Assembly: GCF_009914755.1 (NCBI RefSeq)
Contig: NC_060925.1
DNA length: 64,000 nt
Reading direction: 5' to 3' (one strand)
Source of the DNA: the human T2T-CHM13v2.0 reference genome, Homo sapiens
Shown: positions 44,700 through 59,890 of the stretch, piece after piece
How the letters are laid out: the number at the start of each line of letters is the position of its first letter
How positions within the stretch are numbered: the first letter of the stretch is position 1
The notes under the pieces: model-generated
Told to the model about the DNA's origin: nothing
Databases searched by the model: none
The model's input: only the letters and a program-made list of their open reading frames with translations
Position numbers and translations under genes: made by a program

Positions 44700-45130
44700 C
44701 TACCAGTCAGGATTCTTGGCTGTAAGCAACAGAAAAGGATTCTGGCTAAACTTAAGCATAAAAGGAATTTATTGGAGGATTTGGATTAAGTTCACAGAAT
44801 CAGTGGGAAGGCTGGTGAATCAGACCCAGAAAATGAACAGGACCTAAGGTTGCCTAGGCAGCAGGGGATGTGGCCAATGTCAAGCTGTGGGGCAATCCGA
44901 TTGGGATATTCTACCAACGCTGCTGCCACTGGACACTGGCACCCATGGAACAGCTGTGCTCTTGACAAAGCCAGTACTGTTCTGAGAAAATTTCTCAATT
45001 GTCCTGATCTATGGCTTCATATCCTCTAGGTCTCTGCCCAGGCAGGAGAGTTCAATTGGCTGAGCCATGTCACATGCCCATATCCCACCTGCCAGGGAAC
45101 AGGACCATCAGGCCTCCCATCAAGGTTCAC
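44700..45130 (-). mobile_element. Old MLT1K/L-like MaLR LTR
   Basis: cagtcaggattcttggctgtaagcaacagaaa...aaggaatttattgg; far boundary uncertain. Confidence 0.6.
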
Positions 45131-47154
45131 ACAATGTGGGTGTTTCCCCCATTGAAAACATTGTGGGGATGCCAAGTAAGAAAAAAAAGAGCAGCAGAGA
45201 AACCGTATCTGTTCAATTCATATGTTCCCCAAACTAGTATGATATCTGGCATCAAATAAGACAAAAAATATTTGAGGGAACAAATAAATGACCAACGCTA
45301 GGCATCTCTGAGGACACAGACTGTCCAACTTGTGCCTGCTTCAGGGTAACTGCTCACAATCACTGGGGCCTTTGCACTCCAGCTAGAGCCAACACTGGTC
45401 AAACTGGCTGCTTAGTCGAGATCACCCCAGTCCCACTGAGGTCAGATGAGGAGCCAGGAGCTCTATGAGCTAGAGTGAGTGGATATTACTAGACCCATTT
45501 TATAATGCAAATGTGAGGTTCAGGGAGGTGAACTGCCATATTCAAGATAATACAGCTGGAAAGCAAGAACAAGGACTTGAAGACTCATCTGCTGGCATAG
45601 TTTAGTACCTTTTCCCACCTTCTGTATTATGTTGCTTCAATTGCATATGACAATGTGCTTCACATAAAAATATTTGGGTGGCCAGGACATTTCCTCCAAC
45701 AGTATCAGATAACAAGGGAGTGGAGAGTGCTGAGGCCACCTAAGAGATCAGCTACATCCAGCATGGGAGAAAGCTGGGCACAAGGATTCCAAGGAGTTAA
45801 TGCTTATCTAGTCAAGATCCCTTTCCTTGCAAGGAGACAAGATGCCTTGGTAAGCTGAGCTGCCTGCTGATAAACTGCTGGTTAACATGTTCAGGCTATC
45901 ACTGTGGATCATTTATCTTTCCCTTCTTACCCAGATCAATTTGGCCTCCTTGTACATCATGAACCTAAGAATTTCCACTGAAATTGATGACATATGGCTT
46001 GCTGCAGTGCCAGGGGACACAACCCCCCTGTTTACAGTATAATTCCCTAATAGTGAATGGGCCCAGCCCCCCATCCATCCCCATCCCTCCCAACAATTCC
46101 TTCTTTGAGCTCACTATAAAAGGCTATAATGAAACCTCTAATGATATTTAGCAATGACAGGGAATGGTTCCAGGAGGGAAATTACAGCTGGAAGATGTCC
46201 ACCACGACCTGCTAGTAATTGTAAAGGAAATCTACTCAGGTCTCAAAGGGTCCTTTGTTTTATATAAACAGGAGGCTTCCAAGGTTGTTCTAGCCTCCTC
46301 TAATAGCAGAAGTCTATGGAGAGATATCTCCTTCAGAAAGTGGAGTGGAAGTTCTGTTCACATTACATTAGAAAGAACTCACTCATTACTAGTATTTTTC
46401 CCCCAAGAACTTGGGGGACCTTCCTCTAGTTCTAACAAGAGTGACTATTTACTAAATACATCATCAGGAGACTAACCAGGGAGGCAAGTGGAACACCAGA
46501 CAGGATAGAGTCAGGGTGTTAGAGCTCTAGGGTGGCTCTGCCCCTCTCTGTCTGACTTGGGTAAATCCATTCTCCTCTATGAGCTTCAGTGTCTTCATCT
46601 ATAGAATCAGAATGTTGAACTAAATGACTCTCTAAGCTTTTTCCAGCTCTGACATAACATTCTGTGATTCCACTTGGAAAATGGTAAGCAAAAAATTTGT
46701 AAGCAGAGGGAGGAATGGGTGATCTTTAAAAAAATGCTTCAATAAAAGAAACAGAATGGATAAAGCCCTGGTGACCTACACAAGGAAATCAGTCAAGTGT
46801 CCTCAGGAGGCTCAGAAGGCAGGCTGCAACTTGCTGGGCAAGCCACACCTGCTCCTCACATTCCTTCCAAGGGCAGCCCCAGGTCTGAGCTCTCGGCAGT
46901 GAACCAGTGAACTGTAAGGTATTTTTTTGTTTGTTTGTTTGTTTGTTTTTGGTGGGGAGGTGGGTGGAATCTTGGAGGCAGCTGCTCAATCCCTGAAGAT
47001 AGCTGGTTCTTAAGACCCGACCCCAGCAGAGGAAAGCTGATTTTCAGAACAGAAGCATGAGGGGGCTCTTCCTTGGAAGAAGTGAGTAAAAAAAGGCATC
47101 TTAACCTGCTGGCTACCCAGCAGGAACAGGAGGAAATAAGTATAATGGAGACAT

Positions 47155-47216
47155 GTGGCTAGTTTTTACAGCTAATAGGTAAAACACATCTTTAAAGCAC
47201 ATTAACAGTAAAAATC
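47155..47216. repeat. Dispersed direct repeat, copy 1 (copy 2 at 48496-48557)
   Basis: 60/62 identity between copies. Confidence 0.93.
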
Positions 47217-48417
47217 TTAGCTACACAAGGCAAAAGTCCCAAGCCCCATATTTGGTATATGCAGGGTGTGTGTTCATGAATTTACTCAATGTCTTTCAAA
47301 TCTCAGTTTGCTGACATGTGACATGGATGTAATCTAAACAATTTAAAGTACATGAAACTTTCACTAAGCACCAGATTGTTTCAGACGCTCATATCAATTA
47401 CTTCATTTAATATTCATAATAGCGAGAGAGGGATTTATAGTTTCATTTAACTAATGAGGAAACAGGGGAGGTAAGTGACTTCCTGACCCAAAGGAATAAG
47501 ATTTGACCTCAGGTTTGTCAACATTTGGGTTACTTCCAGTAAGTCAATGGCTCAAAGAAGATTATATGTGTGAAAACGCTTTGCAAATTATAAATGCTAT
47601 AAAGTGCAAGAAGTCACAGTCCTGAATTAATGCAGAAACCTAAATATCATCCAGAAGCAACATTCTGATGGAGTAAGGGGCTTTTTCAGGGAGTCTGCTT
47701 TGTTCAGTTGCCCACTGGATCCTTTATTTTCCAGGCAGACAAGTGAGTTTTTAAAAGTGACTCTTGAAACAATGAGGCTTTCTGGTTCCAGCTGTGCTAC
47801 AGAAACATTAATCTTGAGAATTCACTTGCTCTTTTCATGTGTGAAATGCGGGGTTAGGTCACAGGTGATCACCAAGGTCACTTCCGTCAAAGCACTTCAG
47901 TGACTCAGAAGTGGAAAGCACCCAGTGAGACCTAGAGTGGGGAGTCTCACTCTCATTGTTAGAGAGCCAGTTCTAACTTCAGGTACTTGGGCCACCCTTC
48001 CTACTGTAGGAGAGCCTGCTCACATCCACCCTCTCCCCTTGGTAAGTCTTATTTGACCCTGGAAGGAAGTTTGGAGCCTGGAGGAGTTTCTCCCTTGATG
48101 AGTGGCAGCAGACTTTGAGATCTCTGGCAATCCCACAGTATCCACTCCACCAGCGCATAGCAGCCACAGCCCTAAGTTGAGAAGCCAGTAGCTGAGAGCT
48201 ATCTCTCCCCAATTCTTACTGGTGTTTCAGTCTTGGGAGGTCCTCATAGACTGTAGAAACAGGATGGGAGGAGGGGCATGAAATGGATTCCAGGGGAAGA
48301 AACTGCAGTCCTGGATCTAGCTTAGCTGTTGCTGAATATGTGATATACCAACCACTCCCTTCCTTTGTACACACCTAGTGTTGTATCAGTTTCTCAGTTA
48401 CTGTAGTAACTTGTTTA

Positions 48418-48845
<428 letters not shown>

Positions 48846-49410
48846 ATATGTAATAAGTAAAAGTCTTAGGAAAACAGCCTTGCACACCCAGCAAAAGTGT
48901 AGGGCCCACTGCAGACTGGCTCTAATTATGTGGGAAAGTCGTTTAATCTTAGAGCCACAACGCTTTGAGATTAAGTGATTTGCTCAAAGGCTAAATGGAA
49001 ATAGTACCACTTATTTCAAAGTAGGGCTGGGATTCAAAGGAGGTACAGCTCTTGAACTAGAGTTTTCTGTCTCCATTGGTGATAAGCCTTGTTTAGAGAT
49101 GACCAAAGACTGGCACTCTTTTTCATAAAAGCAGCTAGTTTTAGCTTCCTCCCTCAAGCTCACCCTCCTGCAGTTTGAAGGAAGTTTCCAAATAATCTTA
49201 TTTAGAAAGAATAGCATTTACACTGGCCAGTTAGGATATCTTAGGACACACCAGAGTAGCAACATGAAACACCCACTTCTGGGGGAAAAAAAAGTGTTAT
49301 AATTTGAAATAAAAAAAAAATACAAGTCTTGGGAAATTAGAGACCAATGTGATAGAAATCTGGAGGGACTTTTCACAAATGCCGACTTCTGGTTTGTGCC
49401 TTTCCCATAT

Positions 49411-49432
49411 TTTATTAAATTCGTGTTTTATT
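49411..49432 (-). terminator. TACSTD2: TACSTD2 tandem polyadenylation signals
   Basis: AATAAA at 49427-49432 and 49411-49416 on the minus strand, ~720 nt after the stop, with upstream UGUA motifs. Confidence 0.85.
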
Positions 49433-49975
49433 TTAAAAAATTACAGCAACATTATCAAAGACAACATATGTACAAACATTTTACAAAAAAGAACATTACC
49501 AATATCAGTGGCAGTAAGGGCAAGCTGAAGAATAAATAGACTGAGTTTCCGGGCAATGTCTGTCCTCAAAGACATCCAAACTGCGTTCAGGCAGCTGAAA
49601 CAGGCTTCTTTCCCAGTGACAAGCATATGTGGTCAGTAATACAAACGATGGTAAATGAGGCTACTACATAGGCCCAGTTAACAAACTCCTCTTCTCCTCG
49701 GGTAGGCCATGATACAAGTGGAACTCATCAAATAATTTAAACCCAAGGCGATAACAACGCTATTTCCCATCTAAACTCATTTAAGCCTTCACAATGTCGC
49801 AATGGATTCAGTTACTTGCAAACGATCCCGGGTTGTCATACAGATACTTGTTTTTTACACATAACGCTATGCCATCCCTTCCTTCACTGCCCCAGTCAGG
49901 TTTCCTGTTGTTGGACCGAAAGGGGATACATTTTAGAAATGCTTCCTTCAAGACAGAAGTGAGAAAGAAAGGAGA

Positions 49976-49982
49976 CCCTGAG
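49976..49982 (-). promoter_or_regulatory. miR-125 seed match (7mer-m8, CUCAGGG) in TACSTD2 3' UTR
   Basis: ccctgag on + strand; miR-125b is a reported TACSTD2 regulator (from memory). Confidence 0.6.
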
Positions 49983-50049
49983 GCCAGGATCTATTAAACC
50001 TGGTGTGTGCGCAAAAGGGAGGGGGAAGGCAGGAATTTGAAAGGATAAA

Positions 50050-51600
50050 CGTCTCCTTTGCGCCGAGGAATCAGGAAGCGTGACTCACTTGGGTCTGGGA
50101 CGATACCGAAATCCGGTACCCCACCCCATCCCCTGCCCCGCCGGGTACCTACAAGCTCGGTTCCTTTCTCAACTCCCCCAGTTCCTTGATCTCCACCTTC
50201 TTGTACTTCCCCGACTTTCTCCGGTTGGTGATCACCAGGACGGCCATGCCGGCGACGAGGGCCACCACGACCACCACGATGACGGCGATGAGGCCGGCGG
50301 TGAGGCGCTTCATGGAGAACTTCGGGGGAATCTCGTCCAGGTAATAGATGAGCGTGCGCTCCACCTGCAGGGGTTCTCCGCGCACGCGCAAGTCCAGGCC
50401 GCCGCGGCCCTGGAATAGAGACTCGCCCTTGATGTCCCTCTCGAAGTAGTAGGCGGCATCGCCGATATCCACGTCACCGGCGGCCTTCTGAGACGTGTTC
50501 TGCCGCAGCTCGATCTGGATGGTGGGCTGCTCGTAGTGCACGGCCGCCACGAACTTGGGGTGCAGCCGATAGCGCTCGCGGAAGAGCCGCCTCAGCTCGG
50601 CGTCCAGGTCTGAGTGGTTGAAGGCGCCGGCGGTGGGGCGGTGGCGCAGGTCAATGAGGATGTGGTGGGTGCGCACCAGCTCATCGCAGCGTAGGCTCAG
50701 GTCGCCCTTGTCCGTGCGGCGCACGCCCACCGAGTTCACGCACCAGCACACCGACGTCTGGTTGCACTGGCGCGCCTTGAAGCGGCCCTCGGGGTCGCAG
50801 TCGGGGTCGTAGAGGCCATCGTTGTCCACGAGCGCGTGCTCACTCGGCCGCACCAGCGTGCGGGCGTTCTTGGGGGCGCTCATGCGCGCCTTGAGCAGCA
50901 GACACTTGGAGGTCAGCGTGGAGCAGTCGACCGCCATGCCCGAGCCCAGCGCGCGGCACTGGCAGCGGCCGCCGGGGCCGTCGGGGCTGCACACGGTCAT
51001 CTTGTTGGTGGGACACGTGCAGTTGTCCTGCGCGGCCGTGTGGCCGGTCACCGCCGCCAGCACCAGCAGCAGCAGCGGCAGCCGCAGCGGTGGCGGCGCG
51101 AGGCCGGGGCCCCGAGCCATGGTGGGGCGGAGGAACGCGGACCGGACGCGGGCGGATGAGGCGCGGGGACTCGTCGGGGCTCGGGCTCCGGCGTCTGGGA
51201 TGGTCTGCAGGCGTCTGCCGCCCGGCCGCTCCCTCCGGCTCTTATACTCTACCCGACCTGCCCGGCTGGTTCCACCACCGACCGTCCCCACTGGTATTTG
51301 GGTGACACATCCCGCCCCCCTCCCCGTCCCACGGAAGGCCAAGCCGGCCCTGCGCCGCCCGCGATAGGATCAGAACAGGGAAGCTGCTCCCGCCTCCTCC
51401 GGACCGAAAGCCGGGAAGGGGAGAACCGATACTCACCTGTAGGCTTCTGGGGACCCGCCCTCGGCGCGGCCTCCTGCTACAGACCTGGCGCGTCTGGGCC
51501 GCTCTCCCGGCAGAAAGTCTAAAGAGTTTCATTGCAAAGTGTGGCTCGCGACTGTCGCGCTCTCCTCTATACGCGACTCCCTTTTCGTTCTTTCCCAGCC
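50050..51600. promoter_or_regulatory. TACSTD2: CpG island over TACSTD2 body and promoter; TATA-like TATAAG (minus) at ~51241-51246
   Basis: Dense CpG; GAGTATAAGAG ~125 nt upstream of the ATG implies a TSS near 51215; GC boxes and E-box CACCTG 51434-51439. Confidence 0.88.
50149..51120 (-). CDS. TACSTD2: Tumor-associated calcium signal transducer 2 (TROP2), 323 aa, intronless
   Basis: MARGPGLAPPPLRLPLLLL... signal peptide, Cys-rich domain, thyroglobulin type-1 CWCV motif, TM helix, tail ...ELGELRKEPSL; CCCACCATGG Kozak; 972 nt without introns. Confidence 0.99.
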   Translation of the reverse strand: MARGPGLAPPPLRLPLLLLVLAAVTGHTAAQDNCTCPTNKMTVCSPDGPGGRCQCRALGSGMAVDCSTLTSKCLLLKARMSAPKNARTLVRPSEHALVDNDGLYDPDCDPEGRFKARQCNQTSVCWCVNSVGVRRTDKGDLSLRCDELVRTHHILIDLRHRPTAGAFNHSDLDAELRRLFRERYRLHPKFVAAVHYEQPTIQIELRQNTSQKAAGDVDIGDAAYYFERDIKGESLFQGRGGLDLRVRGEPLQVERTLIYYLDEIPPKFSMKRLTAGLIAVIVVVVVALVAGMAVLVITNRRKSGKYKKVEIKELGELRKEPSL

Positions 51601-52543
51601 CCAGCCCTCCCTTAATTTCTCTCACTCCCTCTCTTCTTTGTCCAGTTCTCACAGTAGCACACGTTTATATAGTTTACAGTTCACAAACATTATCTCATCC
51701 TAACACCAGTCCTGACAGGTAGGGACTATCAGACCCGTTTTATAGGTGGTACTGATGAGGCTTAAAGACCTGAAGTCACACTGCTATCAACTTCCTCATA
51801 TTTCTGAGAGGGGTCTTTGGCACCCTGCCTAGGAGTGATGAGACCTTAAATAAAGTGTTTGTGGACACGAAGTGACACAGAATCTGAAGGGAAGTTAGGG
51901 AAGCAGTTCTGTTACTCACCATATCAAGGGTAAAACACAGGTATCCTGGTGTCCAGAGGGTTAAAAGTTCTGTTAAACACTAATTTTCTGTACCTCACAC
52001 AAGCGCACACACACAGGCACACACGCACATAATATTTATTTGTGCACTGGCTATAAAGAGACAAACAGGAACAAATTCTTAAAGAGCCAGCAAGACTGTA
52101 AAGAGTTTTTTGTACAATTTGATTCTAACACAGCAAATCGTTGCTTTTCTTTTCCTGTATCCCACGTAAGTAGCTGAACCATGTAAATAATGAAAGAATG
52201 GAGCCTGTGAGAAATTGCTTGTCTGCCACTGTGTGGCTAGTTTCATGGCATACAGGGGTTGCAATCTCTTTTTGAGTCATTGAGAAAGTCTAGAGTTTCA
52301 AAGCTGTGGTAAAATTAACAATAATTAGCAAGCTATAATTATTCCCAGGTCCTCCATCAAAGCACATTTTATATGTTCAGCATTTAATGTGCACCACCAG
52401 TCGTGCAAGGGTGTTGTTTAGCAGATGAAAGCCAGCTGGGCCTCTGTCCCATTAATTTTCACGCAATTCCTGAGGCAGGAAGATTGAAATATATTCTGCC
52501 TTGACAGACAGAGGAAGCAGAGACATGTGAGGGACAATTTCTT

Positions 52544-53117
<574 letters not shown>

Positions 53118-53579
53118 GTGAGGGACAATTTCTTATCCACAAACATGAGGAATTGTGGGATAGTCCTCTGCTGTCTATCCCCACTGTCTCTGTTCAGGTC
53201 TTCCTTGGACAGATATCTGAGTCAGGTTCTAGTTTCTTTTCCCCTCTCCGACCTCGGTCCACCCTGCATCCAAGAAGACTTTCTAAATCAGAAGTCTGTG
53301 CCCACCTCCTCTCTGTTAAGTAGAGTGAGGGGGGTGCTCTCGGCTCTCCAGATAAAATTCATGCTTCTTATATTAGCCCTTAAGATCATTCCTATATGAT
53401 GTTATAGGCAAGCTACGTCTCTGTGCCTTAGTTTTGTCATCTGTAAAATGGGGATAATAAAAGTACCTACCTTACAAGGTAGGTTTTATAGTTAATGCAG
53501 ATAAACTGCTTTGAAGAGTATCTGTTCTAACAGTATCTACACATAGTAAGCAACGGATAGATGTTAGCTGCTGTCATTT

Positions 53580-53628
53580 GTCATCATCGTTGTCGTCGTC
53601 GTCGTCATCATCATCATCATCATCATCG
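53580..53628. repeat. Compound (GTC)n(ATC)n trinucleotide microsatellite
   Basis: tcatcatcgttgtcgtcgtcgtcgtcatcatcatcatcatcatcatcg at the end of a MIR-like element. Confidence 0.9.
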
Positions 53629-54519
53629 TGCTCCTGCCAACCTCTCCGGCAGTCCATGTTTTCAAGTCTTTGCAAAGTCACCTACCTGGAGTCTCCCTTT
53701 CTTTATTTAGTGCATAATTCTGTTTTTCTACTCAGCTCTTGAGTCACCTCCAAGATGCCTTCCCTAATAAGGCCCTCCCTGTTACACTCAGGGATATGCC
53801 TCTCTATTCGTTCCTAATCTCAGACATACTAGGATGGCAACATTAACTTTTCTGGGCTTTTGTCCTCCCATCTGTCAAATGGGCAAAATACAGCCTGTTT
53901 CGTAGATTATGCTGAGACTCAAATACAAAGAGATGAGATGGTAGATGCCAAAGCTTTGTAAACTCTAAGACTCTGTAAAAATATTAGATTTCACTTTTAT
54001 TTCTAAAATATATATACCCTCTTCTTGCTTTTCCAGGTATTAACTAGGTAGCCACAATGTTCTATAACTAGCAGAGTTCTCTATTTTCCATTCCATCAGG
54101 TCCCAGGCTGGCAAGAGGAAAGCTGATGAGAGAGGGTTCTCAGGGCTGAGGAATTTGTGTGATGGTGTCATTGACTACCAAGCTAGAACAGCCCCACATG
54201 GGTGGTACTGGGGCTAGTGCTCTGAGGCATCCAAGCCTTTGCTTCTTCCAATTATGTTAGGTACTGAGAGGACAGGAATAGAAGGGGCCCAGCCTCAATA
54301 TCTTCTGGGGAAGTTAGAGTAAGGCAAAGATGACCTCCTAATCCCCTCCCCCCACAGACTCCACTTGCTTAAATTCTCTGGTTCTGCCAGGCTTTCCCCA
54401 ACACACACAAAGACCACAATGAGTTTATTATGTAAACACAGTCTCAGCTGTGATTCTCCCTTTTCCCTTCGTCCTTTTTCTGCCAAGTTCTGCAAAATAG
54501 CATGTATTAGCTTTATCTC

Positions 54520-54830
54520 TTTTTATTTATTTATTTATTTATTTTTGAGACAGAGTTTTGCTCTTGTCACCCAGGCTGGAGTGCAGTAGCATGACCTCGG
54601 CTCACTGAAACCTCCGCCTCCTGGGTTCAAGTGATTCTCCTGCCTCAGCCTCCCAAGTAGCTGGGATTACAGGTGCTCAACACCATGCTCAGCTAATTTT
54701 TGTATTTTTAGTATAGACGGGGTTTCACCATGTTGGCCAGGGTGGTCTCAAACTCCTGACCTCAGGTGATCCTCCCGCCTTGGCCTCCCAAACTGCTGGG
54801 ATTACAGGCGTAATCCCACCACACCCAGCC
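54520..54830 (-). mobile_element. AluSq/Sx
   Basis: Full reverse Alu with (TTTA)n tail. Confidence 0.9.
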
Positions 54831-56301
54831 TGTATTTTTTAATTTTAATTTAAAAAATATTTAACACAAGCATTTCAGGCTTGTCATGTGTTTATGAGGG
54901 GCGGGAAGCACATATAAGCACTGTATGTAGCCCCAGCACCAGAATATTAGGCACTAAGTAATGTTTATTGGATTAACACTGAGTTGTGCCCAGAATGTTT
55001 CAATATCAATATATTCTCCTAGGAGTGTTCATGTGGACCATTTCAGTACTTCTTTCCTTGTCTAAGCCTCACCACCTGCCCCAACCATGAATCTCTGTCC
55101 CTACCCTAACCCACCCTCCAAACACCCAATTTCAAGGAAGACTGGGTAACGATGCCCTTATTGTCATTTTTGTCCAATCCTTAACTTTTGTCAGCCTTGT
55201 GCCTGCAAGGATGAAGGATATGATCTGAGGACACCAAGAGCAGCCAAAGATTCTATAAGCAAGTGTATAATGTAGTTGAAAGAAAATGGACCTTGGATCC
55301 AGTGAGACTTAGGCTCAAGTTTTGGCTTCACACCACTCACTGCTGTGTGTTTCTCAGCAAGTTGTTTCAGCACTCTGCGCCTCAGCTTCCTTAACTGTAA
55401 AATGGGGGTAACAGGGCCTACACTGCATCAATGCCTGTGAAAACAATGATTTCCCACCTTGTAATTAATAATACATTTTTCCCCATTGAACTTCACACTT
55501 CAGCTGTTCTTGTGCTCTTTGATAAATTCTTGGTGATAATCTGATTCTCCTTGGTATAAGACCAATACCAGCATGTGAATTTTATATTAAAGGGTATGAT
55601 ATATAAAAACAAAACATAAAAATAAAACTGTTTGATTAATTAAAAATAAACAGCACTTACCATCGAGAATTATTTTAATGATTCCAGATAAAGACTATAA
55701 AATACTCAACATAATGTTTGGTATGTGCTAAGTAAAATATTTTAGCTATTATTATCAGCCATCTCAGGAATGTGAAGATGCTTTAAGATCATTAAAGGGT
55801 TCTTCACAAGGCCAGTGATTATGGGGACTGCTGAAGATCAAGTCCAGGGAGCTGAGTGCTAGGCAGGAGAGCAGCCCGAGAGCCCCAACCATCCCCTGAC
55901 CTCCAGGATGCAGCAATATGGAGAGTATCTAGATGCAGATAGTGCTTTAGTATATTTGCCCCCATTATCTGCTGGGATCCCTGCAGCACCTCTGGGGGTT
56001 AGGCAGGGAAGATATTATTATCCCTATTTTATAGATGTGGAAACAGAGGCCTTGGGGGAAGGGAACAATTTGCCCATGGTCACATGCTTATAAAAGGTGA
56101 GGCCAGGCCTAGAAACCAGGTCTCCTGACTGCAAATGTATATAGAAATTAACAAAGATGGAATTAACAAGGGGTTGAAAGAGCTTAGAGACTCATCTCAT
56201 GTTTCTCAGGTTTTCTGTTACTTTTCATCCCTTCCCTTAATTGTACAAATATTTTTAGGAATTTCTTGTTTCAAGAAGAATGATTAAATAATTTATTTTC
56301 T

Positions 56302-57374
<1,073 letters not shown>

Positions 57375-59734
57375 CTAGGACACAGCTGTGAGCCCACAGC
57401 TGAAGACCCTAATGCCCAGCACTATGCAGGGAGGGGTCCGCACTCTTCTTTCTAGCCTGACCACCATCAGCTTCAGCCTCTTTTAAGGAGCTCCTTTTGA
57501 GACAGTGGGCAGTGCTGGAGGGCCAGAGTTTCCTTTTCTCCTCAGCAGAAGCTTGCAGTCCTAGAAGAAGCAGGTAACTCTTCAGCCAGAATACAGATAA
57601 TGCAGAGAGAGAAGTTGGTTGTGGTGATTGTTAGTTCAGGCTGGAGGAAGGAAGCCCCAAGAAACAGAACATAAAAAAGGAAGTTGGACAGTGTCCAGAG
57701 TGTAGAGGTGTGGAGAACAGAATAGACAAGGGCTACACAACTGTATCTTCGGTGTTTCATTTCTTTAAAAATGTGTTTTAAGTATTTCAAAATACTAGAA
57801 ATCAAGAGCTAGGGAATGGGTACACTCTCCATATTTTGTTTGCTTAAAATGTTTGTAATAAAAAAATTCACATCAATTCCTCAAAGTAAGTTTTGGAGGA
57901 AGTATTTGGGAGTAATATTTTCTGTTTTTGCTTCCTCTTTTTCTCCATTTCTGTTATTTTTATTAATATAAGCTGTCATTTATTGATCATCATATTATAA
58001 ATTCCTTGTAATTCCCCCAGCAAGCCTACAAAATAATTACTCTTGTCCCCATTCACCTGATCAGGAAGCTGAGGCTTAGGGTCACATAGTTAGAAATGAG
58101 TCCAGGAAGGATCTGAGCCAAGTCTCGTGACTGGGACATTTTTCCATTGCACAGTTTAGTCTCTCGCTGATGGGTCTTGAATAAACGAGAGAGGTCAAAG
58201 ATGTTCTGCTGGTAAACTGGGTGTGGTCTGGGTCCTGGCTGCCCAGGGAATGTTTGATCTTTTCACTTTTCTGGGAAGACAACACGTTTCTGTTTGTGCT
58301 TGCTCATTTGGGTGGGCCCAACTCAGTTTCTTTCAGGAGAAGTTGCCTGTGATGTGTACAGTTCTGCTTGGTTTTTGTGGTTCATCTGGATTTGAAAAGT
58401 GACTGCAGTTTCACCTTACAAGTGTGTGTCATGGTTTCATTTCAGAATCCTGCCCATCATCTTCTTTTCATGGTGTCCTTGTTCTGAATTGCAAACCATA
58501 AATGGCCTCCTTCTCATTCTGGTCTCTTCATCTAGGGGCAGTCAGCTTCTCCTGTAAGGGCTTTACACTCTGGGGAAAGCCAGTAAAACACTCAGTGACT
58601 TTTAATTTCACTGGGCCCAACAGCTTCCAGACAGATTTGGCAACAAATAAAGAGAGATTGGGAAACCTTCTCCCTACATTCCTGAGGCAGCCACAATGCT
58701 CGAACCCCACACTGATGAGTCACGGTGCTTCCTTTCCCAGAGCTGGCCCGGCGATGTGTGATGCCCTGTTAAGGGGATGTGGAGGTGTTTGCTGTTTTTA
58801 ACCACTTTCAGCTGTCCTTGAGATAAGGGCAGGTGGTGAGAGGTCTTAAGTGGGCTGCTGCTACTGACAAATTCGTCTGCCTTTCTGGACAGTCCTGATC
58901 CAAGTGAGGCTCCTTAGAGTTATCAAAAGGGGTCTTAGAGGACATGTATTCCAGTCTCCCACCCAAAGAGAGGTATCTCAGAATGCTAAACAGGTGCTTG
59001 TAGGCTACCTGTGATAATGCAACATCCTTACCTCCCCACAAGACAACCCATTCCAGTCCCAAGCAGCTTTACTAAGAAGTTCATCATAATTAAGGAAATT
59101 CAGTGCCTCTGTAATTTTCACAAACTGATCTAAATTTCTACTCTTGGAGCAAGAAAGAGTAAGTAATGTTCCCCTTTCACTCCTTGGTTCCTCAGGAATT
59201 TGAAGCCAGTTCTCCTGTCCCCAGACTTTCCCCTTTCCTGCTCTCTCCCTGCCTCTTCCATTGCCTTTCTCTAGTGGAACGTCCCTATCCCGTCATCCTT
59301 CCTCCTGTGCCAACCTCACACCCTAGGTGGTGGCAAGCACCATCTCCACCAGTGGCCCAGCCCAGCAAATGACATTATGAGAGATACCAGCAGAGGATTC
59401 TAGGGAAGCTTTGAGGAGGTTTTACTCCTGTTGTCTTGCCTTTCTACTCCCCTGTCTAGGAAGGCAGGAGTAACCCTAACAGCCCCTTACCTATCTATCA
59501 ATTTCCTCTTTTCTAGGAACAGATGGTTTCTGGGCAATACTTACAATAAATATCTACACTGTATTGAGAGCCTATTACCAGCCAGCAACTCAACATGTGT
59601 TTCCTCTATCCCTATAACATCTGAAGGGAGTGGGTTTTGTTATTCTCACTTTACAAATAAGGAAACAGGCAGAAGGGCGCTTGTCTAAGAATACACAAAT
59701 AGTAAATGGAACAGCTGTAATTCACATTCTTTTC

Positions 59735-59890
59735 TAAACATATTTTAGAGACAGGATCTCTCTCTGTTGCCCAGGCTAGAGTGCGGTGATGCAATCATAG
59801 CTCACTACAGCCTCAACTCCTGAGCTCAAGTAATCCTCCCACCTCAGCTTCAAGTAGCTAGGGCTTCAGGTACGTGCCACTGCACCCAGC
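59735..59890 (-). mobile_element. FLAM/FRAM Alu monomer
   Basis: Single diverged reverse Alu monomer. Confidence 0.75.

Noticed and set aside
49286-49320. A runs beyond the TACSTD2 3' end as a retrogene poly(A) scar
   Set aside because: Wrong strand (a minus-strand tail would read as T on +), and the event is too old for a scar to survive
51121-51342. 74-codon in-frame N-terminal extension of TACSTD2 in the ORF track (397 aa)
   Set aside because: Starts at TTG upstream of the TATA-like box; stop-free frames are expected in GC-rich DNA; the in-frame CTG at 51210 has weak context and sits at the likely TSS; the ATG at 51120 has an optimal Kozak and begins the signal peptide
50080-51652. Overlapping/antisense ORFs on TACSTD2 (e.g. 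50822..51367, 50080..50418, 51242..51652)
   Set aside because: Shadow frames of a GC3-rich CDS and CpG island; several use non-ATG starts; no recognisable domains
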